A stretch of DNA of 55,968 nucleotides, counting the filler, from Perkinsus olseni (Eukaryota), in NCBI GenBank assembly GCA_013115125.1. It is 2 parts of 2 records of this genome, joined end to end, with 100 filler letters (N's around TTAATTAATTAA, not from the genome) between each part and the next. Parts side by side here need not be neighbours in the genome. Positions count along the whole stretch, not along the records: positions 1 to 27,991 come from JABANN010000457.1; positions 28,092 to 55,968 come from JABANN010000458.1. One strand, written 5' to 3'. Positions 23,417-40,900 of the stretch are shown piece by piece (positions within the stretch are counted from its first letter, which is position 1; the number at the start of each line of letters is the position of its first letter). The translations under genes and the position numbers were made by a program. The notes beneath the pieces were generated by a model that saw only the letters and a list, made by a program, of their open reading frames with translations, had not been told where the DNA came from and did no database searches.

Positions 23417-24732
23417 TCACGCGGAGAACAAAAACGTTCAACTGGCAAGGCAAACATGTGGCGCATAGGCCGCACAGTTCGAGCTCGTGGTCGTTCAGTC
23501 GGAATAAAAATGCACAAAAACGGGTCCCTCCCGTGACAGGAGACCCGAGCAATACTATAATCCTCCATGATCTAGGCTTCATCGCTATTCTCGTCAGCAG
23601 CGTAGCGCTGGGCATGCAAACGTGGCGTGCGAATGATAGGTAGACTGCTACCAACGTAGTTGCGCGATACCGTTGAGGAAGCTCAAGAAACGCCGAGAAA
23701 GCAAGTCAAGAGGTTGCTCGTTCAACTGCTCGAGAAGTGAGCAGACAGACGGAGTCGCACGCAGCAGCCACGACGATTGTCAAACCTTCGTTAGCAGACT
23801 ACGTTTACCGCAAAACACACTTTGCCCCATGTTTACATGCACTACAGAAGGGCGTGCAAAACCTTTTAAAAACTTCCGTAGGTCACAGACCAGTGGACTA
23901 TTGTTCGCCTGTTCGAGCGGCTCTGAGCAAAGTCTCGGTAGTACATGCCTTGCTGCGCCATGCTTGTCGAACGCCCCAGGGTTCATACCCGGCCCATAGG
24001 CTCGGTTGAGAACCTATTACTGCTTTGATAGGTCTTGAACAGCCTCAACTAGTCACTAGAATCCTCCGTTTCCTATTTCGCTCCGCGGTTTGATGTAGGG
24101 AGCATTCGATTGCACACAGTAAGTGTGGATCAAACTCGAGACTCCGTGAAGTGTGAGGCGCGTAGACTTTACTGAATTAACCACTTGGAACAAACGCGGT
24201 TCAACCGAGGGGCCCGAAACTGTTATTATCATCGCCACCAACAACAGTGGCAACTCACAGGTCTCACTGATGCGTGAAAGCGGGTGACAAAGGAATGTCC
24301 GCCATACCGCAATCACCGTTCGGCAATGCTACGGGGACGGTTCAAGCGACCAGCAGGCCATCGAACGTCACGGGCAAATTTTAGTAGATAACATCAGAAA
24401 ACCGGAAGATGATGATAAATAGTAACTCCTATGATCGATGACAGTAACACGTACAGAGAAAAGGTCGTCTCCTGCTCATACGGCTCGTCACGTAGCGAGC
24501 CCTACAACTGAGCAGCATAGCGACGACAACAACGCTGGCAAATTTCAAATATTACCGGAATGGATCCGCAGTAATCTTCTCACGGGAATAACTATTGCTA
24601 ACGAACACCGTGGGCAATATTACTAGAATATTGGGTAAAGTACGAGTATCGACTCACTCAAGGGGCCGAACCGGGAGAGGTAGGCAGCCATATCAGCCAT
24701 ACTGCACTGGAAAAACGCATCCTGTGCGTGCT

Positions 24733-27317
<2,585 letters not shown>

Positions 27318-27541
27318 TTACAGCTAATACTTGGAAATACAAATCAACTTCTGAACAGCGCTCCCGAGGAAGTCGATCTCAACACGCGCCCTAACCACAA
27401 CCTCCGGATCGTGATTGGGAGGATTTTCACTTCGCCCGTTGCGCGAATGGTAGAATCCCTACGGAGTACCACCGCATCCCTTCTGATGCCCCATACTCCC
27501 CCTCCGCGTCGCAATGGTGATCCATCCTTTCCTGAGCAGCT

Positions 27542-30500
27542 TCATGACATACCGAGCCTGTTGTGCACCACCTTTGTACCAGCTAGAGAGTTCCTATGGG
27601 TTCTAGCGACCAGTCCCCCATGTGAATCGCGTCGTCTGGTCCTCGCCGACCATCTGGCGTTACTACGGCAAGCCTCAGGTAGCCAGCGAGCTCAACATGA
27701 ACACGGAACAAAATCACGACAAATTTTCCTCAACGGTACTGACAGCAATGGTACGCGCTCTGCTAGCGATGAGCCTAGTTTTGTGCGACACGGCCATTTC
27801 GGAGCGCGTCAAGGCGGAAACAACGAGAATTAAATCAGCTGCCATTGACAACTTGCCAACTAACTGAAGCTTCAAGAGGTTCCACAACGTAGAAGTCCTC
27901 CATTCCACGTCTGCAGTGCTGTAGCGGGCCGTGTGAACCCCGCTGGGAGCTGAGGTCCAATGAAGGGCTGAGGCTCAAGATCTTCACCACTNNNNNNNNN
28001 NNNNNNNNNNNNNNNNNNNNNNNNNNNNNNNNNNNTTAATTAATTAANNNNNNNNNNNNNNNNNNNNNNNNNNNNNNNNNNNNNNNNNNNNGTCCCAGGG
28101 AGGCTCTTGCGTGGCAATGCCGAATGAACTCTCTATCACCATAATCCTCCAGAACTCGATCCTGGAATCATTGGTAAATTCAATGATTGAATTGAAAATT
28201 TAGTCAGTCAAATCAGATAAATCTGATCTACAGTTCACGACGACCTTCCTGACAACTCACTGAGAAGTCTTCCAAACAACTCCAACCATTAATCTTGAGG
28301 TTGAGTTTCGCCAAAACCGTCAAAACCTCCGTTGGTGGTGCGCATCCCCGGGGTTTCGGGACCTGAGAGACGGAGGAAAGGAACCTGGACTCGCGAACTT
28401 ATAGCGCATGTCACCCATATACCGTGCTTCTTACCTGGCTGAGTAATTTACGAACGGTGTGCGCAGATGATGTGTGACGTATACGGGACACCTCGTGGCA
28501 CACCTTGCCGAGTAGGTGGGCTTTAATTGGGTCTTCCATCCAGGTGCCCTTCAACTCGTGCATAGTTGTCACTGGCGCAACCGTTCGATCGCTCTTACTT
28601 ATCTACACGTTGGAAAAATTCGCAATTTGCATTGAGATGGCCAAGTGAGAGCGGATCACACACCTCGTGAGCAACCAGTTCTGGGAAGTGACGCGAGACT
28701 CGTGCCAAGTCCTCCATCGAAGTGAGACTGGATATGAGGACGGCCATATACTCCAGAGATTGCATCTTGTAATTCGTGTATACCAGGCTCAGACAACCTG
28801 TAAGAAAGGACATGCTGGCACACGAGCAGTGGTCTCGGGGCCTCACTGTCATCGAGCCTCACAGCTGCATCACACAAGGCGCACGTGGCAACGATGAATC
28901 GATGTGGATCGTAGTCGAATCCGTGCCCTAGATCTGCAAGGCGAGTGAGCAAGCACCCAACTACATGAGGGTCTTTCAGCTGTTCACTGCTGCGCAAACC
29001 TATCAACACAAAATGCCACGAGCGAGAATACGACAGACTGAGTTATCACGACCACCCACCGGATATGACAGCAGCTATATCAGCGACTGAGAATTCCTCC
29101 CTCAACTCCACGATACGCTTGGACAGTGCTCTCTCTAGCGAAGCCGGCAGAGAAGCCATAGACTCTCCCAACTGACAAGGCTTTCTAGGAAGCAAATCGA
29201 AACTGTTTCATTGGATGCCCAAGACGAGCGCAGGCGATTGAAGATACCTCTGGCGCATGCTTCACCGAGCAAATCAATCGGCATACTTCATGTGGAGCCA
29301 GTTCAGAGATATTCTCCTCCAAAACAGGGAAGATACTGGCCTGTGCGTCAGCTGAGAGTGCACCGAAGGTGATGAGGTTCCCTTACTAATGCACGCCCTG
29401 AAGCGGTGTGCTGCTTCGTTGGCAGAATCCCTTTATTCTGTCCTTGAAGAATGGCGGTAGCCAGACATACCCACGTCACCTTCCATTCCGAGAAATCGTA
29501 GGTGTAAATGCCAGGGTAGAGTCGTGCTGATAAGCATCTCGAAAAGAAGCATAGCATGGCACTCTCCGAGACCAATAAAGTAACCTTACTCTAGTAGGTC
29601 CGCATCACCACCTCTGAACGCTTCTATAGCCATGCCACAATCCTTAGCAGACAAGCGGACATTCGGATTGTTTGTGAGGAGCTCCGTGAAGCTTCTAGCC
29701 AGGCTCGCAAGCTGCTCTGCTCCAAGCCTAAGATTAATTTAATGAAAGCCTTTAAAAGGCGTAACACAAACAACGTCGACCGGAGTGTCGCCATGTTACC
29801 TGCATAACTTGGAAATTCCGAAGGCGACCCAAGCAATCTGCTGTGGAGTTGTGAACGATATCTTGCTTGAAGATGCTCCTAGTATCTGATTCACAAACCG
29901 CGGCGAAACTTTTCATTGGCAACGCTCAGAAAGTTACTCACTCGCTTCTCTGCAATTGCTATAATGTCCTCACTTATCCGAGCATGTGCCGCGTTCTTGT
30001 CTACTATGGATTGCTTAGAACGAGCCAATGCCGATAAGACCTTGGAGAGATCCCGACCTATCCGAGATGGAGAACATGTAGTTCAATCGCATGTCGATTT
30101 CGCGAAGAGGTCCGTCTCCCACGTTTCTTCACGGAGCTACAACACTGTGCTGTGCGACATGCTCTTCCACCTAGCGGAATCCGCCACTACCTGTAAACGA
30201 AGTATCCACTAGATCCCTGCACCGCTTCAAATATTCCAGCCAGAGCAGATTATTGTAATACTTCTCCTCGTTCGCAGTGGCCTCCATCGCTACAGCAAGG
30301 ACGTGATGTTCCATACGGCGTACCTACATAGGCAGAAACTTGTTATTATTGCAAGCTATGGGCTGCAAGTAAATATTAATGCCATTTGACTCTTAGTCCT
30401 TGGGTAGCTTGGGCAGAGTAAGACCTCAAATATATTCCGCTGATACCGCTGTAATGGGGACCAGCTCTGCGATCCATTCTCGGGATTGTGCCCCCGAAGC

Positions 30501-30592
30501 GCTAGTGCCGATTTACGCCGCCTGGGGGCTATACTAAAGAACCTTGGGTTGCTCGAGGATACCAACCGTAGAGGTTTCTGAAACGTGATCAT
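27542..30592 (-). CDS. Probable mitochondrial helical-repeat (HPR/OPR-like) protein, many exons, spanning the assembly gap; ends approximate
   Basis: Presequence-like start MITFQKPLRLVSSSNPRFFSIAPRRRK; Leu/Ala-rich amphipathic exons (VGCLLTRLADLGHGFD, VLTVLAKLNLKINGW, HARASLG, LILVVSALTRSE). The full splice path was not resolved. Confidence 0.5.
27992..28091. other. Artificial assembly gap/linker: 44 N + TTAATTAATTAA + 44 N
   Basis: Seen directly. The 12-mer at 28036-28047 places stop codons in all six frames and the block totals 100 nt. Confidence 0.97.
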
Positions 30593-31026
30593 TCGAAATC
30601 GAAGCTGTACTGAGGCGAGAAGCGCTCCACCAACGGAACTTTGTACCTCAAAGTACTTACCAACACGAGGCAGGACGAGAAAACTTGAAACAGAGTAAAT
30701 TAGAGTCTTGATATCTCATTATGGAATACAACGCCCGTTACCTCCGAGGCAACCCATAGCAAGCAGATGAGAAAGGAAGTTGCTGATGGTACCCATGAAG
30801 TGTTGATCGTTCCGCGAGTGAACGTAAAGTATCTGTCCATACGGCAACTACAACAAACATCATATCGAATGCCAGACATACCTCATGTCACAGAGTGTGG
30901 ATGTCGCTTGGCGGAGGCGTCATAAGCGGTGCGATCCGACACAAGCTTGCGACCCAGCCTGGCTAGTTGCTCCCAGTCGAAACTGAAACCAAGCTTAGCT
31001 GACGTTCACGCCCTTTGGGCATCGAA

Positions 31027-33898
<2,872 letters not shown>

Positions 33899-34138
33899 TA
33901 AAATAAGCAGCTAGCAGCCGAATAGCGAACTCCTCCATAACAGACTTATCGTAGGCTTAGACTCACAATCCCAAATGAGACGCAAGACACTCGACCCAGG
34001 TAGCTGCTTACAGCGGCTACGGTCGTCCCACGTTGACTGAGGTGAGGCGACCCCGCGTAAGCAGCCGGTTATCAACACGACAATTCCCCACGTGACGGCA
34101 AAGACATCATAGAAATATTGCCTCATGGCGAAATATTG

Positions 34139-36309
34139 CTACATGGCGTTCTCCATAGGTATAGGTGGCTCGCACGGGAATGATGCTGCTGCATGAGAGT
34201 CACTGAGAGTCTCCGAAAGACATCAACAATATCGTTCAGCATGACTAAATAGAGTCCACGATATCGTAAATGAGCTCCCTCATGGTTCCCAACATGTTGC
34301 TCCTTTCTATAGACTCGTCCAGCTCACCAATAGTCTCCTGAAATAGGGACTGCCTACGGCTGCTCTACGGTAGAAGAGACAACCTCTGTTGTTCGCAGCT
34401 CCAGCTCAGTGGCGCACAATCCTTCGAGGGTGATCAGCTGCCGCTCGCTTCGAGGCTGCGTCTCGATCACCCATAGGTCTCGGAAGTATCCAAAAACCTA
34501 GGTTGTCTACGCATAGAGACTCTCATAGTCAAGCACTTTATCCGAGAGCGTCTTCAATCGGTTCCGTGCATACCGGGCTCGTGAATGAGACGCGAAGCTT
34601 CGAAGATTCCCCAGGTAGAAGTCTTCCACTGCGCTGGGGACACGCGAATGGTGACTGCATGGACAGTTCGACGCTAGTGTTCGGAGCTTCCTGCTCCAAT
34701 GACGTCTCCCGGACGAAAGCGAAGTTGATAACCTGCCGAACTTGCTTTCGACAATGCAAGCGCGCCCGAAAATACCGTCGTCCCGTCGTTGGTTATGCGA
34801 ATTTCCTCCGAGACTGGTGGCTCGCCAGCCAGGTGTGTGGAGAAAAACAAGTTGCAAGTGGACAGAGAAATGCTAGGTCCGACCTTCCCAGCGGTCACAG
34901 GTTCCAGCCTCGCCTGATCAAGATCTCCCAAGTTCCAATGCAGAAACCAAGACCTCGAGTAATACCTCGGGCGCTCGATTCTCCGCTGCATCCAGATTAC
35001 CGTGTCTCCGAGTGTCTGCTGATCCCTAACACACTATCTCTCGAGTTCTTCCTTGCGCGGACCTCTCACATCTTCGATGTGGCCACTAGTTTCCTCACCC
35101 GAAGGACCCTCCTTGATACCCCTAACCTCCAACGTATCATCAAAAGGCAGCACGCCAGCTGCGGCTTCTCGCATTGATGCCCGGAACCTAGAAGTCTTCA
35201 TCACAACGTGCAGTTACGACGAAAGTTCTACCTTATCAGTCTGTCTTTCAAATACTGATCATCCCTCCAGGTCTTATGTGATTTGCCCTCTCGGTGGATG
35301 CAACAATCCTTGAGCCAAGGCTTCCGGATAATTTCACTGATTACATGCATCCGTGAGAGCCTCAAGGGCACGTATAGACCAGAGAACATATTGCCAACCT
35401 GAAAACAAGCAGTCTCAGGGCCGCTCCGATGCCATAATTGAACCTGGATAAATTTAACCCCGCCGTCTCGCAGAGTATGGTACCATAAATCTTCCCCACT
35501 TTTCTCGGCGAGAGGCGTCACCGAATCAAGAAGCTCGAATAATTCAATCCTTTCGCGGAACCTAACACGAAGTCGGAAAGAGTTGCTCATCATCCTTCGG
35601 ATAAACTCCTACTCTTCGGCTCGAGTTATAACAAGTTCGCCTGAGTCTCTGCCTGTGGCCTCTGCGGCACGTTTCCGAAATCTGCTCAACAAGCGCGGAA
35701 ACAGTAACTCATAAGGCCATAGTTACCTTTCCCATTCCCGAGCCACGGCCTCGTGGCGGTCAATAACTCGACTCTCTCTATCGGCCATCAATTTCTCCTC
35801 CAGTGTGAGACTCTCCAACCTCCTGGAACAGTCTCACCGGTGTCGCTCACGAGAAGCAAGTAAAGATCATCCCGGTATGCGAATCGACTCTCACTTAAAC
35901 GGCCTACCAACTACGTGACTGTCACCTCTGCCGTCCTGCAAAGTACTCCGTGCTCAATCGCGCGATGTCATCTTGCGATGGGAATAACGATTCCGGAACA
36001 CGATGCCTGGGTACGCCCTCTGAAGAGACACCGAATTTCTGAGTGGGATATCGCCAGCGGATCGCAGGACACTTCATCTTTTGGCCGTCCGTGAGTGATC
36101 CAGACGTTTCCACGAGAACGGCAGCCCTTACTACCTTCCTGAGGTGTCACCGGAAGTCGGCCGGACGCTGGCGGTGCAGCCTTGGGTCTATCCGAGATGC
36201 GACTCTGAATAGACTCATCAGGAAGACCATCTTTGTCTGTTTTGGATCCTCTCCGCCGTATGAATATCCTCTTTCCCTTTACAACAGGCGAAGCTTCCAC
36301 GGAGGACAT
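34139..36309 (-). CDS. MYCBP-associated protein (MYCBPAP)-like ciliary protein; may extend further 3'
   Basis: Spliced ERIELFELLDSVTPLAEKSGEDLWYHTLRDGGVKFIQ|VGNMFSGLY, TWRDDQYLKDR, then Ig-like ASH/PapD-type segments IRITNDGTTVF and SGRLLPGESSKLRVSFTS. The family was recalled, not searched. Confidence 0.55.
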
Positions 36310-36460
36310 CTAGAAAGACGGCTGATAAGTGAAAATGCGTTGTTATAGGCGCAGGAACGCAGCATCCCGAGGAACCAACGTTATCTGCATGATCCGTCAG
36401 TACCGCGGGCGGGCGCGGCTTCAAAAATATTTCGAACACCGTAGACATTCGATGAAATGT

Positions 36461-36499
36461 GGTGCCCGATGCAATGCGGTGCCCGATGCAATGCGGTGC
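36461..36499. repeat. 17-bp tandem repeat (GGTGCCCGATGCAATGC x2.3)
   Basis: Read directly; lies in the divergent intergenic region. Confidence 0.9.
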
Positions 36500-36962
36500 T
36501 GTCTCGTGCCAGTCAGAGCGTGCTGAAATCACTTACGACGTATGGCCAACCCCTCTGGAACGAATCTACTACGTGGCGATGGAACTGCTGATGTGAGCTC
36601 TACAGGTTGGGAGGCTATGCAGGCTGCCGTGTTTCAAGTCGTAGTGAATGGGCTTTGGGATATACCACGCATCTCTATCCGTCCGACATTTGAACACCTA
36701 ACGCGCACCCATTCAGTCTGCGTAGCGCACTCAGAGTGAATGGTTACCTTATACATCGAGCAGTGCATGGGGCAATTAGCTACGTCTTTCTGATCGAAGG
36801 GTGCCGATTTGCACGCCTGTGAACAATAGTGTCTTCGGCCTTCTTCTTCTGCTGCTGTCGCTTCTTTTGTTTTCGGTTGGGAGCGTAGCTTACTCTGAGT
36901 TCAAGAAAAGTAGGAGTCTTTTCATGAAGTATGCGTATTGCAGTGTATCATCCAAGTCAGCT

Positions 36963-37764
36963 ATGACCAAGGTCCGACCTCCTAAGGCTCAGAATCCATC
37001 CCGGCTATGCGTCAGTGGCAGACCGTGGAAGCAACTAGCCGGAAGCAAGTAATATTTGAGATTTCATTGGGAGTTCGCGTGTGGCGCTTTCCATGCGGCA
37101 CGGCAACATCCACGGACGGCCTACGTAACAATTTCTACCAAATCCGTCAATTGCCGCCTTTGAATCTTACTCTGGGCTGTCGGCCGACGAGAAACTGATA
37201 GAGAACGTCAGGAAATTATTGATTGTCGCGGACACATCTCTAATAGAGATTCTCAATCCCTTCTCCGAGGGCGTGTGCCAAGATGATGCCTGTCTACGCT
37301 TGAAGTTCAGGTCCATTAAAGTGAAGGCGAGCAACCGAGACTACCGTCCCCCTTCGAAGCCTGGTATGAGCAAGTTCGAAGCCCGTAAAATCCGCGAACG
37401 CGATGTGAGCCTCGCTAAAGGACGTGAAGCAGAATTGAAGGCTGTCGCCAAGGAGAAGCGGGCCATAGCGAACAAGAAACGTGTGGAGAAGGCGGAGAGG
37501 AAGAAAGAGAATGAAATCAGAAGCGGCCAATATCAGGTAACTTCATGTAGTATGACATGATGGCTCTTTGTCTCGGGATCGTTCACAATAGACACGGCAT
37601 GAACCATGTCATTCTTTCAGGTTATCAAGAATACGAGTAAGCTCCGCAGGTATGACAAGAAGGCCATGTCCAAGGTTATGAAGATGAGCCCTGAGATGAT
37701 TGAAGAGATCAGTCGTAAGGGTCGCCGGTCCACCAGGACAAGCGTGACTCCCTCGTTCAAGTAG
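36963..37764 (+). CDS. CCDC86/Cgr1-family ribosome biogenesis protein (3 exons)
   Basis: VSGRPWK motif, K/R/E-rich coil, KKENEIRSGQYQ|VIKNTSKLRR. Confidence 0.8.
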
Positions 37765-37927
37765 CCACTGAGTTATTCCTCCAGTGGCGGCGCTGGTCAT
37801 CAGCTTCACACGTTTCTATCTTTGGTGCTCTCATGTTTGTTAAACTTGCTGATGTGAACATACCAAAACTCGCTGTGAGTGGTGGAGATGTCCGGCGGAT
37901 TCCGTAGGGGTTCCTTCCTTCGTTCGC

Positions 37928-40900
37928 ATGGTCGCTCCCACCTCCACCTTCCTGAAGACCTTTTGGAGGGTTCATCAGAGCTCCTTGACCTCCCTGGAGG
38001 TAGTATGTCTTGCGCCGTGTACTGTGATCGCTGTTCACCTCAGGCCGTCAGCGATGAGGCTTCATCGGACGAGAAGGAGGCTCACCGTAAACAGTCAGCC
38101 AAGATTCTCAAAGAAATGTTCGCACCGAACTTCACAAGGTAGCAGTATCCAATTTCAACTTAACGTCAACTACTGACACGGCTGATGGTCTTCTCAGAGC
38201 TGTACTAGAGCTCGTGACTTCGGACGAAGCTCGTGAACAGCTCGCTACGACTTTACAAGGGAAGGCTCCGTGTTTTACCGATGAGTTCGAGATGGCATCC
38301 GTAGAGTGCATGGCCGCCATGGTTCGCGGGTACTAGCGTTGCGAAATTATTCGAGTCGGCAGCGATTTGGGCACGTCATGCTCGGGCTGTGCTCGTGTTA
38401 TTCGCAATCGAGGGCTCTTAAGTGTTCTTCTGCTCGTGGGCATTCAGTCAACCGAGGAGCTTTTGGGGGTTCACGGCTTTCATCTCAGGCAAATACTTGA
38501 TCCATCGCGCTTTCAAAGCCAGCCGGACATAGACCCAGCCACTCGGAAGTCAGCCTCGGCGATGATCGAACTAGCGTTTGCTAAAATTATTGGAGGTAGT
38601 ACACTGATGTGCGAGGATCAGACTGTGAGCATCAACCACCGCCGCAGGTGACTTTACCCAAGGTAAAGCGTGGCTGTGTAGTCCCGCTATGGGAAGGGTC
38701 GGGCAGTTGCTGTTGGGGGCTCGACCAACGGGTGACAATGCCAAAACAGTGACGCTTTCAACTGGGGGAAGAAGCGACAACGAACTGAGGGCTGGAGTAT
38801 TGCGTTTCCTGGACTTGATTGTCAAAGATGGTAATCGGGGCGTTTTGATGAGGTATTATTCATTCTGATGAAGTTGGACGAAGTCTGAACACGGACTGGG
38901 GCACGCTTACCGGCTGTTGACTGGGGGCTCCCTATTAGGGAACACTCTCGCGATGTCTCGTTTCGGTCTGCGCTACTCGCGCTTGTCGGATCCGTCTACC
39001 CCACCATTCAGGTCATCTTTCATCGGATAGTCAGCGCAAAGAGCTAGTTCTTGGCTGTCCAACCGTGAACAGCGTCCTGGTTGAGCGAGTTAACCAAACC
39101 ATAGACTCGCTGGAAGAGTGGCTCCGGTGAGTCACCACGCCCAGATAACGTGCGGGGTCACACGTTTCGTCAAACTTGCGTCCGCATCTGACTTCTCGTA
39201 TTCGTCGTTGTTGGTTTGCAGAGCATCTCCCAGCACTCGGAATCCTACTGACGTTAACATCTCCTTGACCAATGCTTCTAATAGTCCAGTACTGAAGCTG
39301 TACAAGGTAATACTGCCGCATCACCACGGTCCTAAAGTCAAGTCAATCAAGACTCACACTAGTCAAGGAGACTCGTCGACTCAGATTTGATACCCGTGTT
39401 TTCAGGATATTCCGGACGCCGCTCTGAAGGAAGACTTCATGACTGTTCTCGCTTTGACGATTCGCGAGGCTTCGAAGGTGAGGTATAGATGATTTTCGGC
39501 TACCGTGAGAGATGCACTCTCACAGCGATGTGTATGAGTCTCTAGAAACAGGAAGCATTCTCGCCTGCAGATACCGGCGTGCAAAGAGTTCGTGGAGGAG
39601 GCTGATCGGGAATTTTTTGTGTTGCATACTACTGGGAAAAGTGTCCTCTCGCGTTGGCTCGATAAGCAGACCCAGAAGTAATCAGCGTAGCCACATTCTG
39701 ATTCGCAGCGTTCTGTGTGTGGCGGCGGTAACTTCAAGTTCTCAGGCACAACTCTCGAGCATTGGACAACTACAAGAATTATCTCTCGACGGGGCCTACA
39801 GAAGCTGATGCCGCCATCCAGGCTTTCACTTCAGTAAGACTCTTTAGTAGTTTCCCGCGGAATAGATGCTCTATGCGGTTCTCTAACTTCAGAGAGATAC
39901 CTCGTTTAGATACTTCCCCTCGGAAGCCGCGAGTTCTCCTTGCCGTTCGGTGCTGACATCGACCGAGCCATCACGAACTTCCACTCTACCGAGATAAACT
40001 CTTCCAAGACGGCTCGCCTGCCAAGGTGCGTATAGTACGGCAAACGCAGTTCGACCCCCGTAAACGATCTTCAGGGACGTCCTAACGGCGGATACGGTCG
40101 GATCAATTCTCCGACTGCTTGGAGTGGGAGTTTTCGAAGTGGACATCCGGAACACCACGGCCAAGTGTATAAGTCAGCCAGGGAGCCGAGTGAGAATGCT
40201 TTGAGAGCCCATAGCCGCAAATTTGTTCACCGTGTAGGTTTCGAATCTGAAAAAGATACAGATGGCTGATACCGCCGCCTCGCAAGAAGATACCTCTGAT
40301 ATCGTTATTATGAGCATGGGTAAGCCATTGTCTGCTCAGCTTGTAGTTTGACGACAGCAATCGTTCTTAGGAGCTGCTGTAGGACCAGGCGCTGACACAG
40401 CCTCGACATTAGCAGCAGGAGTGGCAGCACAAGCACAAGCGACCTTGACTGGTGCGACACTGGCAAGAACAACGGTCAGTTGAGAAGTCGTCGCTGGAAG
40501 GCTGCGTTCTATGCTCGTTCTATTCTATATGCTCAGGGTTCACCAGGTGACTCACCTGACGACGATGGAACAGCGTCGAGCAAGAAGAATAGTTTGATGC
40601 CATCCGTACCGTCGCTTGTGGAGGACAATACCAACGAGGCCGAGGATCTGGGTGAGCGTTGCATCTCAGACGTACTGCTGCCGGCCGATAGTTGTATTTA
40701 GTTGACTTGCTTCTCAAAGAGATCCTCTCTCGAGTGCCTGCCTCAGCCAGGAAGTTCAGGCCTCGTCCTAGGAAGATAAGCAAAGGCGTTTACAAGTACT
40801 ATTCAGCAGCGAATGTGGAACCCTATTTCACGCCCTAGTGCTCAGGTTCGGCCTTCGGGACGTTTCACTCTTCACACGGGCTGGATCTTTGTATGTGTCT

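Noticed and set aside
28036..28047. TTAATTAATTAA palindrome inside the N run as a biological site
   Set aside because: Symmetric 44-N flanks, 100-nt total and six-frame stops mark it as an assembly spacer.
35309..35327. Minus-strand CCGGAAGCCTTGGCTCAAG resembling the Perkinsus spliced leader 3' end (relict SL)
   Set aside because: Lies mid-exon in the MYCBPAP-like frame (IRKPWLK), matches only partly and is not upstream of a start codon.
37049..37310. Long CCDC86 intron containing CCGTCAATT (complementary to a conserved SSU rRNA segment) as a snoRNA
   Set aside because: The match is 9 nt, is not followed by a D/D' box and has no upstream C box. A snoscan/Infernal run would be needed to revive it.
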